This document shows, in pieces, positions 41,401-50,676 of a stretch of 64,000 nucleotides of DNA. The DNA is from Aulosira sp. ZfuVER01 (GTDB lineage Bacteria > Cyanobacteriota > Cyanobacteriia > Cyanobacteriales > Nostocaceae). Below the pieces are notes generated by a model that made no database searches, was not told the origin of the DNA, and was given only the letters and a program-made list of their open reading frames with translations. Numbering within the stretch: the stretch's first letter is position 1; every line of letters begins with the position of its first letter. The DNA lies in contig JAVRCV020000051.1 in assembly GCA_034530615.2 (NCBI GenBank), positions 64,001 through 128,000 of the forward strand, given 5' to 3'. Both the position numbers and the translations under genes were made by a program.

Positions 41401-41609
41401 GACGATGTTTGAAAAGTGGTTAGCTGTGATTTTAGGCACTTATTGATCCCCCCAACCCCCCTTGAAAAGGGGGGCAGGAACCTCTCAAAGTCCCCCTTTT
41501 TAAGGGGAGCCACTGCGTTGCGGGGGTTCCCCCCGTTGTAGCAAGTGGCGTGGATTTAGGGGTATCTAGAACATTTTGCTACTAATAAGGAGAATTTTAA
41601 AACAACTTC
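41401..41609. mobile_element. MITE copy 2 (209 bp), degenerate, carrying a ~45-bp insert
   Basis: GACGATGTTTGAAAAGT...AATTTTAAAACAACTTC; TAA on both flanks; colinear with copy 1 apart from 41507-41551. Confidence 0.8.
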
Positions 41610-41888
41610 TAAGGTGAGCATTACCCACCCTACACATACTGAACATACATAGTTACCATAGCCAAATAGCAATTTTTTAGAATAGTTGTGATGAAAGCAA
41701 CACATTTAAATGGTAGCAACACACTTAAGCTAAACTAACTTTTAATCTGACTTATACAAATTTTGTCAGCTTGATATTAAAGCTCCAGACTGCTAGTCGA
41801 TCGGACTCATCTTTGATAAATTGCAAAACTTATCTGTTGTTTTAATTACTCAAAAACTTAACATCCGAAAGGATTTACTGCTTACATC

Positions 41889-44800
41889 ATGAACCCTAGG
41901 CGGCCTGCTAAAAAATCTCAATCTAATTCCCCTGCTGGTCAACCGTCGAATGAAGAACAGCAGAATAATCAAAACGAATTATTTCCCATTGTGGGGATGG
42001 GTGCTTCTGCGGGTGGGTTGGAAGCTTACACAGAATTGCTGAGTCATTTGCCAATTGATACTGGTATGGCATTTGTGGTGGTTCAGCATTTAAGCCCCAA
42101 GCAAAAAAGTTTGTTGAGTGAGATTCTCTCACGGTCAACCGATATGCCTGTAGTGGAAGTGCAGGATGGTATGGTCGTAGAACCAAATCATGTCTACGTG
42201 ATTCCGCCTAATGCCACGATGACCATTTCTCAAGGAGTGCTGAAACTAGCTTCTAGGGGAAAAACCTACGGGTTTTTTATGTCAGTAGATGCTTTCTTGA
42301 TATCTTTAGCAGAGGATCGGGGAAACAAAGCAATTGGCATAGTCCTGTCGGGCGGTGATGGAGATGGCGCACGGGGGCTAGAAGTTATCAAAGGGGCTGG
42401 TGGTATTACTTTTGCCCAGTGCGAGCAATCGGCAAAAGTCAGTAGTATGCCGAACGCTGCTGTGGCTTCGGGTCATGTAGATTTTATTCTCACTCCACAA
42501 GAGATTGCTGAAGAACTGGCAAAGCTTAGTCATCATCCTTATGTCAAATACCAGCCTCAAGCAGCGCTGACTGAGGTACCTGAGTTACTCCCAGTTAGTG
42601 GGGATGTGCTTTCGACCATCTTTAGCTTACTAAGGTCTGCTACAGGAGTTGACTTTCATCACTACAAACAAACTACTCTCAAGCGGCGCATTTTGCGGCG
42701 GATGGTTTTGTACAAGCTGGAAAGATTGGAAGATTATGTCCGCTATCTCCAGGAAAATCCAGCAGAAGTCATGGCGTTGTATCAAGATGTACTGATTACT
42801 GTCACCAGTTTTTTTAGAGATCCGGAATCTTTTGAAACCTTAAAAACAAAAGTATTTCCGATTATTACCCAGGATCGCACGCCAGATTCGCCCATCCGCA
42901 TTTGGGTAGCAGGATGTTCAACAGGTCAAGAAGCTTACTCAATTGCTATTTGCTTACTGGAGTTTTTGTCCAATCAGGGAATCAATCCACCGATCCAGAT
43001 TTTTGCTACGGATATTAATGAGGTGGCAATTGAAACAGCTAGGATTGGCATCTACAAGCTTAACCAAGTAACAGAAGTCTCTCCAGAACGTCTACAGCGC
43101 TTTTTTGTTCAGGTAGAGGGTGGGTACCAGATCAGCAAGCCAGTGCGTGAATTATGTGTCTTCGCTAGACAAAACTTGATTGGCGATCCGCCTTTTTCTC
43201 ACTTAGATCTGATTACCTGTCGCAATGTACTAATTTATTTGGGAGCACCTGTACAAAAGAAGGTTCTACCAGTCTTTCATTATGCTCTCAAGCCAACTGG
43301 CTTTCTGATGTTAGGCACCTCAGAGACAGTAGGAGAGTTTTCCGACTTGTTTAAGCTAACGGACAGAAAGTTCAAGATTTATACGCGAAAAATGGCTCCG
43401 GCTCGGCTGGGTATAGATCTGATTGCAAGCAACTATCCTACACAAACTAATACTCCGCAGTCATCGGTAAGTGAAAATAATTTAAATGAGTTAGAAATGC
43501 AGACAGCCGCTGACCGAATTGTGTTAAATCACTATGCCCCAGTTGGTGTTGTTATTAATAACGATCTAGAAATTTTGCAATTTCGCGGACAGACTAATTC
43601 CTATCTGCAACCTCCACCAGGCCGGCCTAGCTTTAATTTGTTGAAGATGGCAAAAGAAGAACTGCGGCTAGAGCTACGCACTGCCATTCACCAAGCAAAA
43701 CAGCGACAGACGTTAGTGCGAAAAGAAGGTATCCAAATTCTAGAGAACGGTAAAGTCAGGCTGATTAAGTTTGATGTTGTGCCGTTTAAATCTGGCAGTA
43801 GTGAAGAACGTTTCTTTTTAGTGATGTTTGAAGATATGCCATCTTCAACAACTACTGTCTCAGAGTCGGCTAGCAATCGCAACGTTAAGTCTGCAAGGAA
43901 AAAACAAGCTGCTGCTGAAGAGGAGATTAACGCACTTCAACAGGAGCTAGCAACGACTAAAGAATATCTGCAATCAATTATTGAAGAACAGCAAGCCACT
44001 AATCAAAACCTCAGAGCTGCTAACGAAGAAATTCTCTCTAGCAATGAAGAGTTGCAAAGTACTAATGAGGAACTGGAAACTGCTAAAGAAGAAATTCAGG
44101 CAACCAACGAAGAATTAAACACCATTAACGACGAACTGCAACGCCGGAATATTGAGTCAACTCAAGTTACCAACGATTTGCAGAATTTACTCAGCAATAT
44201 CAATATTCCGATTCTGATGTTGGGTGGCGATTTGCATATTCGCCGCTTTACTCCGGTGGCTGGGAGAATTTTTAACCTGATTGCCACGGATGTGGGGCGA
44301 CCATTGAGTGATATTAATCACAACTTGAACATTCCCGATCTAGAACAACAAATTTTAGAAGTTATTGGCACTCTTAGCTTTAAAACTCAGGAAGTTCAAG
44401 ACTCCGAAAGTCACTGGTATGATTTGCGTATCCGACCTTACCGGACAATTGATAATAAAATTGATGGTGCTGTGGTGGTGTTGGTTGACATTGACGAACT
44501 CAAACGCAGTGCCGAACAGTTAAGAGCATCAAGAGATTACGCCGAAGCAATTGTCGATACCGTGCGGGAATCGATTGTGGTGCTGGATTTAAACTTACGG
44601 GTGGTAAGAGCCAATCGCTCTTTCTACGAAATCTTCCAAGTGCTGCCTACAGACACAGAACAGCGCTTGATTTTTGAACTCGGCAATGGTCAGTGGAATA
44701 TACCTTTGTTGCGATCGCTCTTAGAAGATGTGATTCCCAGCAATGCCCCATTTCAAGATTTGGAAGTTGAGCATAACTTCGAGTCCATCGGGCACAAAAT

Positions 44801-46121
44801 TATGCGGCTGAATGCGCGGAGAATGCCGCAAATCGATGATATGCAATTGATTCTTCTGGTAATTGAGGATATCACCCAGCAAAAGCAACTGGAAGCAGAA
44901 CGCACTCAGTTACTCACTCAAGAACAGTCAGCTCGTGCGGCGGCGGAGACAGCCAACCGTGCCAAAGATGAGTTTTTATCGATTCTTTCTCACGAACTGC
45001 GAAATCCGCTAAATTCCTTACTGGGTTGGGCACAGATGCTACAGCGGCCAGATCTCGATCGAGAAATCATTACTCAAGGACTAGAAGCTATTGAGCGTAG
45101 TGCCGTAGCTCAAGCCCAGCTAATTGGAGATTTGTTAGACATCTCCCGCATCAGTGCTGGTAGGCTGCGTCTGGATGCGGAATTAATTGAGCTTGTACCT
45201 GTGATAGAAGCCGCAATTGAGGTTGTGCGGATCTCAGCCGAAGCCAAAAATATCCAAATTGAATCTCGGCTAGATCGTACAGTAAGAAGAATTAACGCCG
45301 ATCCCAATCGCTTACAGCAGGTAATTTGGAATTTACTTTCTAATGCGATTAAATTTACCCCAGCTGGGGGCAGAATTGCGATCGCTCTAGAATATACCGA
45401 TCTCTACGCTCAAATTCAAGTTAGCGACACAGGCCAGGGTATTAGACCCGACTTTCTCCCCTATATTTTCGAGCGCTTCCGGCAAGCCGATGGTAGCAGA
45501 AAGCGCTCAAATCCTGGTCTTGGACTGGGGCTTTCCATAGTGCGTCACTTAGTAGAACTCCACGGCGGTACAGTTGAGGCAGAAAGTTTAGGTGACGGTC
45601 AAGGAGCAACTTTTACCGTCAGGCTACCTTTGCAAACACACCCAACAGAAACTTCTCTACCGACTACCAGACAATTGGTCGCCTTACAAGATAACTTAGA
45701 AGTGCCAACGGGAAATATTACATCATTGCAGGGTGTGCGGGTACTGGTTGTCGATGACGAAGCAGATATTCGCCAGTTATTTAGTATCATTCTTGAGCAG
45801 TACGGAGTAGAAGTGACAGCTGTTGCATCAGCCAATGCAGCGTTATCAACCTTGATGGCTAACCCTAACGGGTACGACGTTCTGCTATCTGACATAGGTT
45901 TACCAGAGCAAGATGGTTACGATTTGATTCGTCAGGTGAGAGCGCTGAACGCTGAGGCTGGGGGGCAAATTCCCGCCGCCGCCCTCACCGCCTATGCTGA
46001 AGATGCAGAGCAAGCAGAAGCTCTAGCAGCAGGATATCAAATGCACATTGCTAAACCAGTTGAACCCGCGCAATTGCTATTTATAGTTGCTTCGTTGGCG
46101 GGAAGAATTAGCAATGATTAA
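41889..46121 (+). CDS. CheB-CheR-PAS-coiled coil-histidine kinase-receiver hybrid
   Basis: GASAGG/QHL/DGA (CheB); TSFFRD, AGCSTGQE, CRNVLIY (CheR); NEELQS heptads; SHELRNPL, NAIKFT, GLGL; C-terminal VVDD..SDIGLP..KP. Confidence 0.95.
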   Translation: MNPRRPAKKSQSNSPAGQPSNEEQQNNQNELFPIVGMGASAGGLEAYTELLSHLPIDTGMAFVVVQHLSPKQKSLLSEILSRSTDMPVVEVQDGMVVEPNHVYVIPPNATMTISQGVLKLASRGKTYGFFMSVDAFLISLAEDRGNKAIGIVLSGGDGDGARGLEVIKGAGGITFAQCEQSAKVSSMPNAAVASGHVDFILTPQEIAEELAKLSHHPYVKYQPQAALTEVPELLPVSGDVLSTIFSLLRSATGVDFHHYKQTTLKRRILRRMVLYKLERLEDYVRYLQENPAEVMALYQDVLITVTSFFRDPESFETLKTKVFPIITQDRTPDSPIRIWVAGCSTGQEAYSIAICLLEFLSNQGINPPIQIFATDINEVAIETARIGIYKLNQVTEVSPERLQRFFVQVEGGYQISKPVRELCVFARQNLIGDPPFSHLDLITCRNVLIYLGAPVQKKVLPVFHYALKPTGFLMLGTSETVGEFSDLFKLTDRKFKIYTRKMAPARLGIDLIASNYPTQTNTPQSSVSENNLNELEMQTAADRIVLNHYAPVGVVINNDLEILQFRGQTNSYLQPPPGRPSFNLLKMAKEELRLELRTAIHQAKQRQTLVRKEGIQILENGKVRLIKFDVVPFKSGSSEERFFLVMFEDMPSSTTTVSESASNRNVKSARKKQAAAEEEINALQQELATTKEYLQSIIEEQQATNQNLRAANEEILSSNEELQSTNEELETAKEEIQATNEELNTINDELQRRNIESTQVTNDLQNLLSNINIPILMLGGDLHIRRFTPVAGRIFNLIATDVGRPLSDINHNLNIPDLEQQILEVIGTLSFKTQEVQDSESHWYDLRIRPYRTIDNKIDGAVVVLVDIDELKRSAEQLRASRDYAEAIVDTVRESIVVLDLNLRVVRANRSFYEIFQVLPTDTEQRLIFELGNGQWNIPLLRSLLEDVIPSNAPFQDLEVEHNFESIGHKIMRLNARRMPQIDDMQLILLVIEDITQQKQLEAERTQLLTQEQSARAAAETANRAKDEFLSILSHELRNPLNSLLGWAQMLQRPDLDREIITQGLEAIERSAVAQAQLIGDLLDISRISAGRLRLDAELIELVPVIEAAIEVVRISAEAKNIQIESRLDRTVRRINADPNRLQQVIWNLLSNAIKFTPAGGRIAIALEYTDLYAQIQVSDTGQGIRPDFLPYIFERFRQADGSRKRSNPGLGLGLSIVRHLVELHGGTVEAESLGDGQGATFTVRLPLQTHPTETSLPTTRQLVALQDNLEVPTGNITSLQGVRVLVVDDEADIRQLFSIILEQYGVEVTAVASANAALSTLMANPNGYDVLLSDIGLPEQDGYDLIRQVRALNAEAGGQIPAAALTAYAEDAEQAEALAAGYQMHIAKPVEPAQLLFIVASLAGRISND

Positions 46122-46247
46122 TGGGACAGACCACCACAAAAAACTGCTCGTAAACTTTTAGATTAACAGCGTACTAGAAACTTCTAGATGGACTACGCTT
46201 AATGTTGTACCTAGAACATTTATCTTTGGGGGGTACTTGCTTCTCTC

Positions 46248-46535
46248 ATGTTGAACACTATTGATGGTTGGGACAAACAACGACAAGTAAAACTGTCAGA
46301 GTCGCACTTTGATGAAAGGATTAGGTGGTGTGCTCGCGAAGCCCATTTAGATAGTGAGGAAGCTCAACAAGCTAGGGAAGAAGCTAAAAATATTACAAAG
46401 CTAACTCAGCAAGCTAGGGCGAAAGCTCGACAAGCTACACAGGAAGCTCGAGAAGCTAGGGAGAGAATCCAGCGAGTTAAGGAGAAAGTTCAGGGGTTGG
46501 GAAACAGAGGTGGGGGAGCAGAGGGAGAGATTTAG
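46248..46535 (+). CDS. Small Ala/Gln/Glu/Arg-rich helical protein
   Basis: 95 aa, repetitive xxAR units, co-oriented between two CheB-domain genes. Confidence 0.55.
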   Translation: MLNTIDGWDKQRQVKLSESHFDERIRWCAREAHLDSEEAQQAREEAKNITKLTQQARAKARQATQEAREARERIQRVKEKVQGLGNRGGGAEGEI

Positions 46536-46583
46536 GTTTTACCAGTCTGGAATTAGGTAAAAATTACCACATCGTGATTAGGG

Positions 46584-47702
46584 ATGCATAAGGGCAGACA
46601 CCAAAAGAAATCCAAAATTGCGATTGTGGCGATCGCAGCTTCGGCTGGTGGAGTTACAGCGATTCGCAAGGTTTTATCGGGATTGCCTAAGGATTTTCCT
46701 GTACCGATTCTCTGTCTTCAGCACCTCAGTATTTCTGACATTAACGTTTTGGCACAAGTGTTACAGTTACGAACAAATCTGACGGTACGCTGGGCACATA
46801 ATGGGGAAGAACTCAAGGCAGGAGTGGTGTATGTTTGTCCACCAGGGCATTACTTTGTTGTTCATGCTAAAGGTAAAATCTCTCTGGCTCCACAAGCAAG
46901 TAAACACGGCTGGGTACATGGAGTCGATCGCTTTTTTGAGTCGGTGGCCGAGAGTTATGCAGACAGCGCTGTAGTAATTGTGATGACTGGTACAGGTAAA
47001 GGTGGCGCAGAAGGTGTGCGTGCTGTATCTGGGCAGCATGGGATTGTTCTGGCTCAGGATCGAGCTAGTTCTGTAGCTGATGGAATGCCAGAGGCGGCGA
47101 TCGCAACTGGTTGCGTAGACAGAGTTCTGTCCCGTGAAGCGATCGCACCTTTATTGGTGAGCTTGGTATGTGAGGGAAAGCCGTTAGCAAAAGCGCCAGC
47201 GAGCAAGACAAAATCATCCCCAAGTACTCGCTTGCAGATATCGCCGACGCTTGTTGATGCATTAGAAAATGTACTCGATCGAGCGATCGCTATGCACCGC
47301 ACGGACATGGGCTACATTCATCTGTTCGAGCGGCAGACATGCAGCCTCGCTCTCGCAGTTCAACGCGGCTTTGACGCAGCCTTAGTTGATGAGTTGCAGA
47401 CAGTCAGTATCACTGAATATTCACCCTGCATCAGGGCTGTGCGTTCTGGAGAGACGGTGATTGTTGAAGATGTCGAGGTAGATCCTCTGTCTGCTCCCCA
47501 AAGAGCGATCGCGGCTGCGGCGGGATATCGCGCAGTCCAATCCACCCCGCTAACCACTCGCACAGGCACTTTGGTCGGCGTATTATCTACTCATTTCCGT
47601 CAACCGCGCAAATTTTTACCTTGGGAGATGAAGCTTCTCGATATGCACGCCCGTCATGCTGGCGATTTAATTGAATTGTTTCAAGCAGAGAAAGTTGGGT
47701 GA
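46584..47702 (+). CDS. CheB methylesterase-like domain fused to a GAF domain
   Basis: AASAGG, LQHL, MTGTGKGGAEG, GMPEAA; C-terminal GAF-like GYRAVQSTPL..GVLSTHFRQPR. Confidence 0.88.
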   Translation: MHKGRHQKKSKIAIVAIAASAGGVTAIRKVLSGLPKDFPVPILCLQHLSISDINVLAQVLQLRTNLTVRWAHNGEELKAGVVYVCPPGHYFVVHAKGKISLAPQASKHGWVHGVDRFFESVAESYADSAVVIVMTGTGKGGAEGVRAVSGQHGIVLAQDRASSVADGMPEAAIATGCVDRVLSREAIAPLLVSLVCEGKPLAKAPASKTKSSPSTRLQISPTLVDALENVLDRAIAMHRTDMGYIHLFERQTCSLALAVQRGFDAALVDELQTVSITEYSPCIRAVRSGETVIVEDVEVDPLSAPQRAIAAAAGYRAVQSTPLTTRTGTLVGVLSTHFRQPRKFLPWEMKLLDMHARHAGDLIELFQAEKVG

Positions 47703-47784
47703 AGGAGAGATAGGGGAGACTGGGGAAGAAACAAGAAAATCTGGTTCCCTCCCCTTGACAAGGCTACGGTGTGCCTACAAGTCG

Positions 47785-47919
47785 ATTGAGGATGTTCGAC
47801 GATGTTGAACACACAGATTTCCGTATGGAATTCTCTACACAATTGAGCAGGATTATATTCTTATCCTTGCAGTTATGCATTGCAGTAGAAAGCCTGGATA
47901 CTGGAAAAATCGCAGGTAG
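47785..47919 (+). pseudogene. RelE/ParE family toxin remnant (C-terminal half)
   Basis: IEDVRRC*THRFPYGILYTIEQDYILILAVMHCSRKPGYWKNRR*; no start codon and one internal stop. Confidence 0.75.
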
Positions 47920-48136
47920 CAGAAGTTGCTAGCAGCCCAACATTGTGCTAATTCAACTCAGCAGCAACTCATATTATTAGAAGAGATCGCTTATCCTCTG
48001 CTGGAAAAAATGGGGTTGAATTCTATTAAAAGATCAAGATACAGGTGTATTCAAATAAACTATATGCTTTTGGGAGCGATCGCATCTAGTAGGCGTTACC
48101 AAACCGTTCTTATATTGTCGTGAGCGGTTGGTAGTA

Positions 48137-48985
48137 CTAACCGCTAAAATAATGCCGTGCGATTTTTGCAGGATTGTGTTTTGGTATCTGAGACGATTGC
48201 GGATGATGACGATTCTGTACAAATATCAATGCTGCAACTGCCAGAAGAAAATAACCAAAGGTTTTCTGAAGTTTTTGCGCTGGCACAAACTGAGCTAAGT
48301 AAGCACCGGGAATTGTTCCTAAACTGGCAGCCACAATAAAGGATAACATCAGGTTCCAATTGAGAGGCACCTGTCCAAAGTATCCCAAAAAACCTGCAAC
48401 TGAATTAAATGCAATTATCAACAGTGATGTACCGATCGCTTTTTTCATGGGTACTTTTCCTAAGAGTACCAAAGCTGGGACAATGGCAAACCCACCACCA
48501 ACACCAACCAACCCAGTTAGTACCCCAACCCCTAAGCCTTCAGTCATTAACCATAACCAGCAATACTTGCAGACTGGTTGGGGATAAAATACCAGTGGTT
48601 GATCTGCGGCGACAGGCTTAGAACTACGGCGAATCATAAATACCGCTGCTAGCAACATCATGATTGCAAACAGCATCATTTGGAAGGTTTCGGTAACTAT
48701 TGGGAGTGTGGCAATCTTTGCCCCGATAAATGCACCAACCATTGTAGCGGAACCAAAAATTAATGCTGTCTTGAAGCTGACATTTTTGGCTCGCCAGTGA
48801 GGAATCACTCCCAACAAACTAACAGTACCAACTATCACTAGGGTCATGGCAATCGCAGATTTAGCAGGTACACCCATGACATAAACTAATATTGGCAGTG
48901 CCAGCACCGAACCACCACCACCAATTAAGCCCAAACTCAACCCAATACAGGCAGCTAGTAAATGCCCTACAATCCACAGGGTCAT
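48137..48985 (-). CDS. Sulfite exporter TauE/SafE family protein
   Basis: GLIGGGGS and GLVGVGGGF repeats, AIGTSL; start MTLWIV overlaps the rhodanese stop (ATGA). Confidence 0.92.
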   Translation of the reverse strand: MTLWIVGHLLAACIGLSLGLIGGGGSVLALPILVYVMGVPAKSAIAMTLVIVGTVSLLGVIPHWRAKNVSFKTALIFGSATMVGAFIGAKIATLPIVTETFQMMLFAIMMLLAAVFMIRRSSKPVAADQPLVFYPQPVCKYCWLWLMTEGLGVGVLTGLVGVGGGFAIVPALVLLGKVPMKKAIGTSLLIIAFNSVAGFLGYFGQVPLNWNLMLSFIVAASLGTIPGAYLAQFVPAQKLQKTFGYFLLAVAALIFVQNRHHPQSSQIPKHNPAKIARHYFSG

Positions 48986-49527
48986 ACACTGCTCCGTTGG
49001 TTGTATGGTAGTTTCGCCAGCAGCATCCCCAACATACAAGTGTCTGTTACCCCAGAATAGGTTAATCCTGTTCCTATAAAACCAGTGAGTAGTAGGAACC
49101 AGGGTGAAACAAATGCTCCCAGTAATGTGCTAATTAATACGAGAGAACCTGCAACAATCTGAACTTGCTGCATTAAACTAATTGGCGCATGGCGGTTGAT
49201 TTTGGTAAGATAGCCTGCTTCTTTCCAAGCACTCATTCCACCATCCAAATGAGTCACTGTTGCAAATCCAGCGTCAAACAGTTTTTGGGCTGCCATTGTT
49301 GAGCGATTTCCCGAACGACAGTACAAAACTACTTTCTTGTTGCCATCTTGAGGAATTTTGTGAGAATCAAAGTTAGATAGGGAAACAAGTGTTGCGCCTG
49401 GGATATGTTCCCCTGCATATTCAGATGGTTCGCGAACATCAATCAGTGTTACAGCTTTTTGCTCAAGCAGTTGTTGAAGAGTTTGGGCATTAACAGTTTG
49501 CAATCTGTTTAAACGGGAAGTAGTCAT
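48982..49527 (-). CDS. Rhodanese domain protein with C-terminal membrane domain (DUF2892/YgaP-like)
   Basis: DVREPSEY, HIPGA, active-site CRSGNR, LDGG..AW; two TM helices ending C...LP.N. Confidence 0.9.
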   Translation of the reverse strand: MTTSRLNRLQTVNAQTLQQLLEQKAVTLIDVREPSEYAGEHIPGATLVSLSNFDSHKIPQDGNKKVVLYCRSGNRSTMAAQKLFDAGFATVTHLDGGMSAWKEAGYLTKINRHAPISLMQQVQIVAGSLVLISTLLGAFVSPWFLLLTGFIGTGLTYSGVTDTCMLGMLLAKLPYNQRSSV

Positions 49528-49558
49528 TGAATTTTATCCTTCAGTTTTCTATAGTGAA

Positions 49559-50254
49559 TTAAGCAGCGACGTTACCACAGCGCTGGTTAGCTGGTACTGC
49601 TTCCATAATCTTGTTGGGTTCAGGTAAGTTGAGATTATCCATCAATTGCACAAATTCAGTGCGGTTACGTCCAACCAATCGAGGGTTCCACTGCTTCTCT
49701 TCACCAATAGTAGAAACTGTGTTTCCGCGATAATCATGACCGGGATAAACTAATGTTTCATCTGGCAATGCGAACAGCTTTTGGGTTATCGAGTCATACA
49801 TCATTTCTGCATTCCCACTTTGGAAGTCAGTCCTTCCACAACCACGAATCAGCAACGCATCTCCAGTTAACAGGTGAGTGCCGTTCACTAAATATGCATT
49901 ATGGCTGTCAGTATGACCGGGAGTTGCAATCGCTTCTATTCTCACACTCCCTAACTCTAATACTTCTCTATCTTTCATCAAGCGGTCTGCACAAGCAATT
50001 TGAGTATTCTCTGGTAAGATTCCCAAACAACCTGTTAACTCGCGCAGTTTCCCTGTACCAGTAATATGGTCAGCGTGGATATGGGTTTCTAGGCAGAATT
50101 TTAGAGTTAGCCCCAGTTCCTTGAGCAATTTGCGATCGCGTTCCACTTGCTCTAATACCGGGTCAACTAGAAGCGCAAATTTGGTCGCTGAATCGGCAAT
50201 TAAATATGTATATGTACTTGTTTCTGGGTCAAATAGTTGTCGAAATAACATCAT
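49559..50254 (-). CDS. Persulfide dioxygenase (ETHE1-like MBL fold)
   Basis: FRQLFD, ETHIHADH, TPGHT, GCGRTDFQ, YPGHDY, AVPAN..CG. Confidence 0.9.
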   Translation of the reverse strand: MMLFRQLFDPETSTYTYLIADSATKFALLVDPVLEQVERDRKLLKELGLTLKFCLETHIHADHITGTGKLRELTGCLGILPENTQIACADRLMKDREVLELGSVRIEAIATPGHTDSHNAYLVNGTHLLTGDALLIRGCGRTDFQSGNAEMMYDSITQKLFALPDETLVYPGHDYRGNTVSTIGEEKQWNPRLVGRNRTEFVQLMDNLNLPEPNKIMEAVPANQRCGNVAA

Positions 50255-50676
50255 GGTTAACTCCGATAATGTCTTTTACCAAATCTATTACTAGATAGTA
50301 CTACTATATAGTTATATATTGAATTTGCCCAGATTTTTGACAAAAAATAATTGAAATTTTTTTAATGAGTCTTTTTACTTAAATCCTCAGCGACTAAGAA
50401 AGCTAGGGAATATTGCCCTTCGCAAGCGATCGCCAGCCCACGGTAGTTAAATAAATTACTTTTAAACCACAGAGGCGCAGAGAACGCAGAGAGTAGAATC
50501 GAGATTTTTCGATTCACCCCATCAGGGTAATCTCCTTGATTGAACTGTGTTGTGCCAGCAATATAAAATTGTTCTTTTTCGCTTTAAGATCGATGAAAAT
50601 ACCCCTTAACTATCAATGTAAGATTGCCATCTATCCATAGTTACAACTTCACACTAGTTATTGAACCTGTCTACAG

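Noticed and set aside
47926..48222. Short overlapping ORFs between the ParE remnant and tauE
   Set aside because: No motifs; look like chance frames in a decayed junction region.
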